The translations under genes and the position numbers were made by a program. The notes under the pieces are model-generated. The model did not search any database, was not told the DNA's origin, and saw nothing but the letters and a program-made list of their open reading frames with translations. This document shows, piece by piece, positions 37,913 to 46,951 of a stretch of DNA of 64,000 bases. The stretch comes from Polyangiales bacterium. GTDB taxonomy: Bacteria > Myxococcota_A > Polyangia > Polyangiales > Polyangiaceae. The stretch spans positions 96,001-160,000 of the forward strand of contig JBBRLQ010000015.1 in NCBI GenBank assembly GCA_038231275.1, in the 5' to 3' direction. Position 1 is the first letter of the stretch. Each line of letters starts with the position of its first letter.

Positions 37913-39204
37913 AGGACGCGCCCGAGTACGTCGACGCGGCGTCGCGAGGGCGTTCGGTCGCAAGAGTCGGCGGGCGGAAGGTCGAGATCGACATCGGTCG
38001 CGTTCGTTCGTATCCGGGTCTGGCGGGCGAGGCGCCGGACACACGCGCATACTACGCACTCGCCACCGAAAAGCTCTCTGGCGCGGCGCGCGTTCTGGAC
38101 GTGGGGACGGGCAGCGGCGCGGGCGCGCTCGTGTTGAAGGCGGCGTTCGCCGAGGTCGTCGCGATCGACGAGGCGCGCGAGGCTGTGGCCTTCGCGCGGG
38201 CGCACGCCGGCGGAGTCATGGTGGTTCACGCGGACGGCGCCGCGGCGCCCGCGAGCGTCACGGCGGACGCGGCGGTGCTCGTCGACGTCCTCGGACACGC
38301 GCGAGATCCCCGCGCGCTCCTTCGCGCCGTTCACGCGCGGCTTCGTCCTGGCGGTCGCGTCGTCGTGGCCGAGGCGCGCGCCTATCCGACCCAGGCGCTG
38401 CGGGCGCCGGCGCGTCGCGCGTTCTCGTCGCGCGCGCTCGCGTCGTTGCTCGAAGCGATGGGCTTCGACGTCGACGAAGAGATCGGCGGGCCCGGCCCGT
38501 TCGTGGCGTTCGTGGCGCACGCGGCGGCCGGGAACGATCCCGACGCGATCGTGCGCGCGGCCTGCAAATTCGGCGAGGGGGACGTCGACGGCGCCCTCCG
38601 CCTATTGGATGAAGCTGCCGCGACCGCGCGCGTCGCCGTTCGAATGGACGCGCTCGTCACGCTCGGGGACGTTCGAATGGCGCTCGGCGACGGCGACGGC
38701 GCGGCGAAGGCGCTCCTCGCCGCGCGCGCCGTCGATCCGAAGGATCCGCGGCCGGTGGCCGGCCTCGCGCGCTTGACGTTGGCGATGGGCGATCGCGTGG
38801 AGGCGGCGGCGCTCGCGCGAATCGCGACCTCGCTCGATCCGGCGTGCTCCGCGGCGGCGTGCGCGCTCGCGATGACCATCGGGGCGCCGGGCGACAAGGA
38901 CAACGCGGCCCTCCGCATCGCCGCGGCGCTGTCGCCCGACGACGAGGCAGTCGCGATGGCGTTCGCGGAGTCTTCGCGCGGTGCGGGCGCGCGCAAGGCT
39001 GCCGTCTTCGCCCTCGAGCGCGCGCGACGCTACGGCGATCCGCTGCCCGTCACGTTCCACGTGCTGCTCGCCGATCTCCTCCTCGAAGAATGCCGCCGCG
39101 AGGACGCCATCCTCGAAGCGCGCCTCGCCGAGGCGGTCTCCCCCGGAGCTCCCGAAGTGGCCGCGCTCTGGAGCCGCGTCCACGGCGGCGCCGCCAGGGC
39201 GTAG
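37909..39204 (+). CDS. Class I SAM methyltransferase-like domain fused to TPR-like helical repeats
   Basis: VLDVGTGSGAG motif I, LRPGGRVVV; Ala-rich helical repeats; GTGA overlap with fliS. Confidence 0.75.
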   Translation: MKDAPEYVDAASRGRSVARVGGRKVEIDIGRVRSYPGLAGEAPDTRAYYALATEKLSGAARVLDVGTGSGAGALVLKAAFAEVVAIDEAREAVAFARAHAGGVMVVHADGAAAPASVTADAAVLVDVLGHARDPRALLRAVHARLRPGGRVVVAEARAYPTQALRAPARRAFSSRALASLLEAMGFDVDEEIGGPGPFVAFVAHAAAGNDPDAIVRAACKFGEGDVDGALRLLDEAAATARVAVRMDALVTLGDVRMALGDGDGAAKALLAARAVDPKDPRPVAGLARLTLAMGDRVEAAALARIATSLDPACSAAACALAMTIGAPGDKDNAALRIAAALSPDDEAVAMAFAESSRGAGARKAAVFALERARRYGDPLPVTFHVLLADLLLEECRREDAILEARLAEAVSPGAPEVAALWSRVHGGAARA

Positions 39205-39253
39205 AACGCACGCGCCCCACCGGCCGGGCTCGGCTGCGTGCTACGCTTTTCAG

Positions 39254-39596
39254 GTGCACTCCGGAGAATTCTCCGATGAAGACTTCTTCCGTGCCCTCGC
39301 CGGAAGCGGCGCGCGCGCGCTCATCGGACGTCGCGCGTTGATTTTGCTCGGCGCGCCCGTGATGACCGCCGACTACGATGCGGAGAGCGCATCGACGTGA
39401 TGGTTGCGCGCGCGGCGACCGCACCCGGCGGCGAGACCCTCGACTTCGAGACAGCGTGGGCGCGGACTACGTCGCGTGGTTTCTTCGCAGGTATCCGACG
39501 CCGCTCGCTCGCCTCGCCTACGCGCGGCGCAAGTACGAGGAAGCGATGCGCACGCAGCGCTACGCGTGCGCCGCCTTGACCCACGAGTCCAAGTAG
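39254..39596 (+). pseudogene. Fragmented nucleotidyltransferase-like gene plus small partner (possible toxin-antitoxin remnant)
   Basis: Three protein-like pieces in different frames: FFRALAGSGARALIGRRALILLGAPVMTADYD; IDVMVARA..GETLDFETAWAR; WFLRRYPTPLARLAYARR; family from recall only. Confidence 0.4.
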
Positions 39597-40177
39597 CTCC
39601 GCGGGTGCCTCTCCCGCCCGACGTGCCGGTAGCCCTCCGGCATCGCTCCGCCGAAGCCGTGGTACGTGACGACGCGCGCCCCGACCCGTGCCCGCGCGAG
39701 GAGGTGCTCCGCGCGGTTCACGTCGAGGACGAAGCGCTGGCGTGACAGCGGCACGGACTGGTCGAGCTGTTCGTCGGCGGTCCAGTTGTTCTCCTCGAAC
39801 GGGTTGAAGAAGTAGAACGCGTCGTACTCCTCCGGGTCCACGTCCTCGAGGCCGCCGTGCTCGAATCGGACACGTGTCACCCCGGCGCGCTCCGCCGCCG
39901 CGCGCGCGATGTCCACGAAGCGCGCGCGGTGCTCGAGGCCGACGATCTCCGTGCCGGTCACCGCCGCTGCGATGATGCAAAACTTCCCGATGCCCGCGCC
40001 GACGTCGAGGATGCGCGTCGTCCCACCGACGGCGAGCAGCGCGGCGGCGCGCGTCGCGACCGAGACCGGCGTCCAATACACCGCCCCGGCGGCGCGAACG
40101 TCCGCGGGGTAGAGCGCGTCGAAGTCGGCGTCGTCGACGTCGCCTCCGCTCCGCAACGTCTCCGCGATCGACGCCAT
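39560..40177 (-). CDS. Class I SAM-dependent methyltransferase
   Basis: YWTPVSVA, ILDVGAGIGKFC, YFFNPF. Confidence 0.8.
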   Translation of the reverse strand: MASIAETLRSGGDVDDADFDALYPADVRAAGAVYWTPVSVATRAAALLAVGGTTRILDVGAGIGKFCIIAAAVTGTEIVGLEHRARFVDIARAAAERAGVTRVRFEHGGLEDVDPEEYDAFYFFNPFEENNWTADEQLDQSVPLSRQRFVLDVNRAEHLLARARVGARVVTYHGFGGAMPEGYRHVGRERHPRSYLDSWVKAAHA

Positions 40178-40227
40178 CGTCACCCGCGAAGCGTAGAGCG
40201 CCTTCTTCCGTGTGTCGCGCGCGAAGC

Positions 40228-41400
40228 TTACGCCGCGCGCTTGATGCGGCGTCGGCTCGGCGTCGTGTCCACGATGTCGCGGAACAGCTTCTGTCGCGGC
40301 GTCGTCCAGAGGAGCGGGTCGCGCAGCTTGTCGAGGAACGACGCGGCGCTGTTCCCTTCGCCGAAGTGCAAGCTCGGCGCGAACCGGCGGGGCAACGACG
40401 ACAGCGCCCGCGCGATGAGCGGCGCGCTCTCGCGGACGTTCACGATCGACGGGCACTCGTAGCGCTCGTTCTGGCGCGTTCCGATGTTCACCGTCGGCAC
40501 GCCGTACACGGGCGCCTCGCGAATTCCGGCGCTCGAGTTGCCGCAGACGACCTTCGCGTCACGCATCAACGTCAGAAAATACTCGAAGCGCATCGACGGA
40601 ATCAGGCGCACCCGCGGGTGATCCTTGATGCGCTCGAGCGCGCGGAGGACGACGTCGCTGCCCGCGTCGTTGTTGGGGTAGATGGCCACCCACGAGAGGT
40701 TGCTCTTCAGGATGCCGGCGACGACGGCGTCGATGTTCTGCGGCAAATCCGCCAGCTCGGTCGTCACGGGGTGGTACGTGAAGATGCCGTATTCCGGAAA
40801 ATCGATGGCGTACTTCTTCCGGACCTCGGCGAGGCTCGGCAGATCGTCCGAGAGCATGACGTCCACGTCGGGCGAGCCGATCGCGAAGACGGCGTCGGGG
40901 TCCTCGCCCATCTGGATGAGGCGGCGGCGCGCGTCGTCGTTGGCGACGAAGTGGACCTGCGCGAGCTTGGTCACCGCGTGGCGCAAGAGCTCGTCGACGG
41001 TGCCCGAACGCTCGCCCCCCTCGAAGTGCGCGACGAGCACGTTGTTGAGCGCGCCGACGATGGCGCCGGCGAGGGCCTCGACGCGATCGCCGTGGACGAC
41101 GATGAGATCGGGTTGGTACTCGCGGACGTAGTGCCCGAGACCTTGGATGGTGGAGGCGACGATCTGATCCATCCCCGGGACGTGGCTCGCGTCCTGGTTG
41201 ATGTACGTGAAGACCTTGGAAAACCCGGCTTTCGTGATCTCCTTCACGGTCGAGCCGTAGCGCGCGAGCATGTGCATGCCGGTCGCGAAGATGGCGTAGT
41301 CGAGATCGCCGGAGACCTTCACCTTCTGGATGAGGGGCTTCAGCTTGCCGAAGTCGGCGCGCGTTCCGGTGAGGAACAGGATCTTCTTCTTGGCGCTCAT
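40228..41400 (-). CDS. neuC: Hydrolysing UDP-GlcNAc 2-epimerase
   Basis: TGTRADFGKLKP, HGDRVEAL, HFEGGERSGTVDE, GNSSAGIREAP. Confidence 0.93.
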   Translation of the reverse strand: MSAKKKILFLTGTRADFGKLKPLIQKVKVSGDLDYAIFATGMHMLARYGSTVKEITKAGFSKVFTYINQDASHVPGMDQIVASTIQGLGHYVREYQPDLIVVHGDRVEALAGAIVGALNNVLVAHFEGGERSGTVDELLRHAVTKLAQVHFVANDDARRRLIQMGEDPDAVFAIGSPDVDVMLSDDLPSLAEVRKKYAIDFPEYGIFTYHPVTTELADLPQNIDAVVAGILKSNLSWVAIYPNNDAGSDVVLRALERIKDHPRVRLIPSMRFEYFLTLMRDAKVVCGNSSAGIREAPVYGVPTVNIGTRQNERYECPSIVNVRESAPLIARALSSLPRRFAPSLHFGEGNSAASFLDKLRDPLLWTTPRQKLFRDIVDTTPSRRRIKRAA

Positions 41401-42428
41401 GCGACGTCCTTCCACGACAGCTGCGCGTTCTTCGGGAGCGCTCGCCCCGCGCGTCGTCCGAGGACCTTCTCGAAATCTGCCGCGCGGATCTCGCCGGTGC
41501 CGGGGCGCTTCACCCACACGTTGTCCATCGAGAGGGACTCGCCCTCCGCGACCTCGCGGATCGTCACGACCGAGGCGTACGCGAACGCGATCGTCGGCTG
41601 CTCCTCGGCGAGGATCTCCTTCGACGCGCCCATCGCCTGCCAGATCGCCTTGCTGCCGACGACGAGCTCGTGGAGCTCACGCGGATCGATCGAAATCGAG
41701 ACATCGGGACCGGGCCACGTCTTGTCGCTCGTGAAGTGCTTCTCGAGGATCGTCGCGCCGAGGGCGACGGCGCCGAAGCAGGTGTAGTTGCCGAGCGAGT
41801 GATCGCTGAGGCCCACGAGCGCGTCGGGGAACGCGCTCTTCAGGACCGCGAGGCCGCCGAGGCGGACCTTGTCGTACGGCGTCGGGTACATCGACGTGCA
41901 GTGCAGCAACGCGAACGGAACGCCAGCCTCGCGGAGGATCGCGACCGCAGGCGCGACGGAGGCGACGTCATTCATGCCGGTGGAGAGGATGATCGGCTTC
42001 CCGTAGCTCGCGATGTGACGGATGAGGGGGTAGTTGTTGCACTCCCCCGAGCCTATTTTGTAAGCCGAAACACCCATGCTCTCGAGGCGCACCGCGGCGG
42101 CGCGCGAGAACGGCGTGGAGAGATAGAGGAGGCCCTTTTGTTCGACGTACGCCTTGAGCTCGCGCTCCTCGGCCTCGTCGAAGGCGCAGCGATCCATGAT
42201 GCGCCAGATGCTCTCTTTCGCGTTGCCGGGGATGACCTCGTTGGGGATCATCTCGTCGTCGATGACGTGCGACTGGAACTTCGCGCACTCGCAGCCCGCC
42301 GCGGCGGCGTCGTCCACCATGCGCTTGGCCTTGGCCATGTCGCCTTCGTGGTTGATGCCGATTTCGGCGATGACGAGCGGCGGTTGGTCGGGGCCGAGAC
42401 GCCGGCCGTTCAGATCGAATGTGCGCAT
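41397..42428 (-). CDS. neuB: N-acetylneuraminate synthase
   Basis: IAEIGINHEG, VIPGNA, STPFSRAAA, KIGSGECNNYPL, LSDH, WVKRPG. Confidence 0.94.
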   Translation of the reverse strand: MRTFDLNGRRLGPDQPPLVIAEIGINHEGDMAKAKRMVDDAAAAGCECAKFQSHVIDDEMIPNEVIPGNAKESIWRIMDRCAFDEAEERELKAYVEQKGLLYLSTPFSRAAAVRLESMGVSAYKIGSGECNNYPLIRHIASYGKPIILSTGMNDVASVAPAVAILREAGVPFALLHCTSMYPTPYDKVRLGGLAVLKSAFPDALVGLSDHSLGNYTCFGAVALGATILEKHFTSDKTWPGPDVSISIDPRELHELVVGSKAIWQAMGASKEILAEEQPTIAFAYASVVTIREVAEGESLSMDNVWVKRPGTGEIRAADFEKVLGRRAGRALPKNAQLSWKDVA

Positions 42429-43135
42429 GGAATCCTCGTCGAAGGCTCGTGTCTTGCGGGCAGCAGGAAATGCTCGCGGTGCGTTCGGAACAGGTGCTCG
42501 GCGATCTGAAAATCGAGCTCGGTGTCGATGTCGCCGAGGGCGTAGAGCGGGTCGGTGACGAGCGGGTGGATGCGCTCGCCGAAGAGCTCTCCGCGATCGC
42601 GCACCATGTCGCCGCGCGACACGTAGACGACGCCGTTCTCGAAGTACGTCTTGGGCATGTCCTGCGAGCGCGTGCCGGGCGCGTAGACGGGGCGGAAGAG
42701 GCCGTCCTCCACGTGCCCCTGCTTCTCGCGGCTCGCCGTGACCGAGACGACCGAGTCCACAGGGTGCGCCATGAACGCGTCGATCGCCGAGCGCACGAGC
42801 GCGTACGGGCGGAGCGGGCAGTTGGGCTGCAAGAGGACGACGCCGAGCGGACGATAGCGGGACGACGCGAGCTCACGGAGCGTGTGCGCGACGACGCTGG
42901 CGGTGGTCGCGAGATCGGTCGACAGCTCGGCGGGGCGCATCATCACCTCGGCGCCGGTCGCGCGGGAGATCTCGGCGATCTCGGGATCGTCCGTCGACAC
43001 GACGACGCGCTCGATCTCGGGCACGGCGTGCGCGAGGGCGATCGAGTAGTGGATGAGCGGGAAGCCGCAGAAGTCTCGGATGTTCTTGCGCGGCAGGCGC
43101 TTGCTTCCGCCGCGCGCGGGGATGAGGGCGATCAT
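42410..43135 (-). CDS. neuA: Acylneuraminate cytidylyltransferase
   Basis: IPARGGSKRLPRKNI, VVSTDD, LLQPNCPLR, DIDTELDF. Confidence 0.92.
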   Translation of the reverse strand: MIALIPARGGSKRLPRKNIRDFCGFPLIHYSIALAHAVPEIERVVVSTDDPEIAEISRATGAEVMMRPAELSTDLATTASVVAHTLRELASSRYRPLGVVLLQPNCPLRPYALVRSAIDAFMAHPVDSVVSVTASREKQGHVEDGLFRPVYAPGTRSQDMPKTYFENGVVYVSRGDMVRDRGELFGERIHPLVTDPLYALGDIDTELDFQIAEHLFRTHREHFLLPARHEPSTRIPCAHSI

Positions 43136-43941
43136 GAGCGTCCCTTTTGTTGCAAGGTCCGCGCGAGGAGATCGTCGGCCTCGGCGTCGTCGGACTTGCC
43201 GAGGATCTGGAGCGCCGAGCGGGTCATGTGATCGGCGAGCGCGAGCGCGTCGAGCGCGCGGGCGGGGTCGGCGTCGGCGGGCGCGTCGGGAGCGACCGTC
43301 GGCGGCGCGTGAGGGCGGCCCGGCTGGCCGAGCGCGCCGAATCCCTGGTCGAGCGCGCGCGACGACAGCGATGCGACCGCACGCGTGTAATCCGCCTCGG
43401 AGCCCGTGTAGTACCCCTCGCGCTTGAGCGCGTGCGCGAAGCCCGCAGCGTCGCCGGCGCGCACCGCCTCGAACGCGTGCGGGAAACGCGCGCGCAGCGT
43501 CTGGAGGTAGTCGGTCGCCCCTTCGGTGGCCGAGCCGTACGCCCGGAATTTGTCCTGGATCGTGCGCTCCGTGGCGCCATAGCCCTCCTTGGTCGTGTAG
43601 GAGGTCGACAAGCCCGAGGGCCCCTGCCCTTTGATGCCGCCGAAGTTGTGGTTCATCATCGCGCGGCCGCCGCCGGTCTCGAGCGACCACTGCGCGACGA
43701 GGAGCGACAGCTGCTTGGCGGTGGGCGCGCGTCCGGTGACGGTCTCGTACGCGCTCGACAGCGCGCTCGCCGCCTCGTCACCGCCGAGCGGCGTGTGCTC
43801 CGGAGCGACGGCCCCAGGACCCCTCGCCGCCCTCGCGAGCGCCACGCCGAAGCCTCCGCCGCCGCGCTCGATCCGAGGCGGCGGCGCAGGGGCCTCCGCG
43901 TCACGGACGAGCGACGCTTGCAGCGGCTGCACGACGGGCAT
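43132..43941 (-). CDS. GH73 (FlgJ-type) peptidoglycan hydrolase domain protein
   Basis: AQWSLETG, NFGGIKG, TKE, FRAYGS, GYYT. Confidence 0.8.
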   Translation of the reverse strand: MPVVQPLQASLVRDAEAPAPPPRIERGGGGFGVALARAARGPGAVAPEHTPLGGDEAASALSSAYETVTGRAPTAKQLSLLVAQWSLETGGGRAMMNHNFGGIKGQGPSGLSTSYTTKEGYGATERTIQDKFRAYGSATEGATDYLQTLRARFPHAFEAVRAGDAAGFAHALKREGYYTGSEADYTRAVASLSSRALDQGFGALGQPGRPHAPPTVAPDAPADADPARALDALALADHMTRSALQILGKSDDAEADDLLARTLQQKGRS

Positions 43942-43952
43942 ACCCGCCGCGT

Positions 43953-43968
43953 TGCAACCCTCAGGCCG
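43953..43968 (-). promoter_or_regulatory. sigma54 promoter of the GH73-neuABC operon
   Basis: CGGCCTGAGGGTTGCA. Confidence 0.65.
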
Positions 43969-44230
43969 CGGACGCCTCGCACATCATGAACACTTCGGCG
44001 ACGACAGAAGCTCCCCATCATCGTCGTCAGCCGTCACCCCGCGGACTCGCTGCAGCGGCAGTTCGTGAAGAACATCTTCCTCGGCGAGAGCCGGCTGATT
44101 CTCTGCCTCGACCTCGCCCGTGTGATCGAGGACGACCCGCAGGCGGGCGACGGATCGCGCTGAATTCGGGCCGATCCAAGACCGCCGCGACCGCATCGCG
44201 GTCTTCACGACGGTCTGAGCAGGCGCTCGA

Positions 44231-44941
44231 TCAGCGGGCGCGGATGACGCGGCGGTGGATGCCGCTGCGTGGTCCGTTGGGATCGGCGGAGAACGAGGTG
44301 TACGCGGTGGGGGAGTCGTCCGCCCACTTCACCTCGACCGGCTGTCTGCGGGTGGCGTTGTGATCCTTGCAGCGCCCGCGGGCGCGCAGGAACGGATCGA
44401 ACGTCGCCACTTCGCAGACCTCGCACAGGCCGAGGTACGACTCGTACTCCTCTGCAGTGCACAAATAGTCGGCTGCCCAGAGCGACAGGATGCGGTCGCG
44501 GAGGCGCGAGCCCGGCACGTCGACGGGGATCCAGCCTTCGTTGAGCGCCTCGTCCTCGCAGCGCACGACGAGACCCCGACGCCACGCATCCCACGCGCTC
44601 ACCGCGCCGCCCTCCGGGTGCATCGACGTGCGGAGCAGCTCGCGGGCGGAGGCGATGGCGTCGTTCACGACCACCGCGAGTCGCACGGAGTCGACCACCG
44701 CCCCCGGCTTTACTTCCGGTCGATCCAGCCCGACGACCAACTGAGACGAGGTTCGCGTGATCTCCGCGTACGGCCCGGCCAGCCACGCGGCGAGCTCGTG
44801 CTTACCCCAGCGCGGCGCGCCGTTCGAGAACGCGAGCAGCGCCACGCGGCACGCGCGCGTCACGCCGAGCGTGCGAAGCGACCTCGGGAGCGTGAAGATG
44901 GTCTGCGTCTCGACCGTGTGGGCATGAGCGACGGCGTGCAT
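44231..44941 (-). CDS. Hypothetical protein with C-terminal CxxC...CxxH motif
   Basis: CEVC...CKDH; start set by sigma54 motif upstream. Confidence 0.65.
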   Translation of the reverse strand: MHAVAHAHTVETQTIFTLPRSLRTLGVTRACRVALLAFSNGAPRWGKHELAAWLAGPYAEITRTSSQLVVGLDRPEVKPGAVVDSVRLAVVVNDAIASARELLRTSMHPEGGAVSAWDAWRRGLVVRCEDEALNEGWIPVDVPGSRLRDRILSLWAADYLCTAEEYESYLGLCEVCEVATFDPFLRARGRCKDHNATRRQPVEVKWADDSPTAYTSFSADPNGPRSGIHRRVIRAR

Positions 44942-44953
44942 GCCGTCTTCAGT

Positions 44954-44969
44954 TGCACGTTGGAGGCCA
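44954..44969 (-). promoter_or_regulatory. sigma54 promoter of the hypothetical gene
   Basis: TGGCCTCCAACGTGCA. Confidence 0.65.
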
Positions 44970-45074
44970 GCGAAGGAGCCACGAATTTGACTGCTCTCCT
45001 TGAGGCTCAGAGGCGGCAACGACGAAACCTTGACGTCGAGAGCTTGACGGTGTCGAAAAAACGTCGGCCTCGCC

Positions 45075-45101
45075 TCAAGACTCGGCAGGATCGGCCGTTC
45101 G
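45075..45101 (+). promoter_or_regulatory. sigma28 promoter of the histidine kinase
   Basis: TCAA-N15-GCCGTTCG. Confidence 0.7.
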
Positions 45102-45121
45102 ACCTACGGAAGGAGTGCTCC

Positions 45122-45907
45122 ATGGCATCGCCGACGAGGCTCGCACCCAGGATCGAGAGGCATGATTCCCGCGCCGAAAAGCCCGACAGCGGCGTGTACG
45201 CCGTGGTGAGGCCGCGCGAGGAGACCGTCTCGGCCTACGCCGCGCACGACGCCAAAAACATGCTCGGCGTCCTCGCGAGCAACGTCGACTTCTTGCGAGA
45301 GGCCATCCGGACACACAAGGAACAGGGCGACATCTTCGCCGCGCTCGACGATCTCGAGGGCTGCGCCCGGCGGCTCGCCTGCATCATGGAGCAGGCGATC
45401 GAGCCGAAGGCCGCGATGGACGCGTTCAAGCCGCGAAAGACACGCGTCAACGTCGTGACGGTGGTGCAAGGCATCTACCAGCAGATGCGACATCAGGCGT
45501 CGGAGTCCGACGTCCGCCTCGAGGTGCGCGTGCAGTGCGACGCGACCGCCAACATCGACGCTGCGCTGATGGAGCGCGTCCTCGGCAACCTCGTCGACAA
45601 CGCGCTCCGGTTCACGCCGCGCGGAAAGGTCGTTCGCATCGGGTGCGCGCTCGCGGGCGACGAGATCGAGCTGACGGTGACCGACGAGGGACCGGGGCTG
45701 GATCCCAGCCACATCGACCGCATCTTCGAGCCCTACTTCACGACGGGCGCGGGCGCGTTCCCAGGAGAGTCGGCGCACTCGGGGCTCGGACTCGCGTTCT
45801 GCCGCACGGTCGCGCGCTTGCACGGCGGCGACGTCCACGCCGAGAACGTCCGGGGCGAGGGCGGCGCGACAGGCAGCCGCTTCATCGTGACCTTGCCAGT
45901 CGCCTGA
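45122..45907 (+). CDS. Soluble histidine kinase without sensor domain
   Basis: H-box AHDAKNML, N-box NLVDNALRF, DEGPG, IFEPYFTT, GLGLAFC. Confidence 0.88.
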   Translation: MASPTRLAPRIERHDSRAEKPDSGVYAVVRPREETVSAYAAHDAKNMLGVLASNVDFLREAIRTHKEQGDIFAALDDLEGCARRLACIMEQAIEPKAAMDAFKPRKTRVNVVTVVQGIYQQMRHQASESDVRLEVRVQCDATANIDAALMERVLGNLVDNALRFTPRGKVVRIGCALAGDEIELTVTDEGPGLDPSHIDRIFEPYFTTGAGAFPGESAHSGLGLAFCRTVARLHGGDVHAENVRGEGGATGSRFIVTLPVA

Positions 45908-45984
45908 CGTCACGGGGAGCTTCGTTGCGCGCGTGCGCCCGCTGCGTCTCGCGCGGCGCCGCGGAGTCGTGGTATCCCCGCGCC

Positions 45985-46935
45985 ATGAAGAAGCGCCGCC
46001 TAGGGAGCAGCGATCTTGAGGTCAGCGAGATCGCGCTGGGCTCGTGGCTCACGTTCGGCTCCGGCGTCCCGCGCGCGCAGGCCGAGGCGTGCGTGAAGCG
46101 GGCGTTCGACGTCGGGATCGACTTCATCGACACCGCCAACATCTACGGCCGCGGCGCCGCCGAGACCTTCCTCGGAGAGGCGCTGAAGGGCGTGCCGCGG
46201 AAGTCCTACGTCCTCGCGACGAAGCTGTATTTCCCGATGACGCCGACCGACTTCGGCCTGAGCGCGGCGCAGATCAAGAAGCAGCTCGAGGCGTCGCTGA
46301 AGCGCCTCGGGACCGACTACGTCGATCTCTACCAGTGCCATCGCTACGACTCCGCGACGCCGCTCGAGGAGACGATGCGCGCGCTCGGCGACGTGGTGAA
46401 AGAGGGGAAGGCGCGCTTCATCGGAATGAGCGAATGGACCGCCCCGCAGATCGAAGCAAGCTTCGCGGTCCCCGACGTCGCGCGCTTCGTCTCGAGTCAG
46501 CCGCAGTACTCGATGCTGTGGCGTACGCCGGAGAAGCGCGTGATCCCTACGTGCGAGGCGCGCGGCATTTCGCAGATCGTGTGGTCGCCGCTGGCCCAAG
46601 GCGTGCTCACCGGCAAGTACCTCCCCGGCGCGCCGGTGCCCAAGGGCACGCGCGCGGCGAGCGACTCGATGGGGGGATTTTTGGGCGACGAGTGGCTGAA
46701 CGATCGCGTGCTCACCGCGGTGCAGAAGCTCGTACCGATCGCGACGCGTCGCGGCCTCACGCTCGCGCAGCTCGCGCTCGCGTGGGTATTGCGTCTCCCG
46801 AACGTGGCGAGCGCGATCATCGGCGCGACGCGACCCGAGCAGGTCGAGGACAACGCGAAGGCGAGCGGCGTCGTCCTGACCGAAGAGGATCTACGCGACA
46901 TCGACGCGGCGATTGCGCCGCACGCGCAAACCTGA
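45985..46935 (+). CDS. Aldo/keto reductase
   Basis: FIDTANIYG, LATK, SLKRLGTDYVDLYQCH, WSPLAQGVL. Confidence 0.93.
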   Translation: MKKRRLGSSDLEVSEIALGSWLTFGSGVPRAQAEACVKRAFDVGIDFIDTANIYGRGAAETFLGEALKGVPRKSYVLATKLYFPMTPTDFGLSAAQIKKQLEASLKRLGTDYVDLYQCHRYDSATPLEETMRALGDVVKEGKARFIGMSEWTAPQIEASFAVPDVARFVSSQPQYSMLWRTPEKRVIPTCEARGISQIVWSPLAQGVLTGKYLPGAPVPKGTRAASDSMGGFLGDEWLNDRVLTAVQKLVPIATRRGLTLAQLALAWVLRLPNVASAIIGATRPEQVEDNAKASGVVLTEEDLRDIDAAIAPHAQT

Positions 46936-46951
46936 CCCGCCCGCCGAGGAC

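Noticed and set aside
43984..44230. Short ORFs between the GH73 gene and the hypothetical gene
   Set aside because: No motifs, RBS or codon bias supporting any frame
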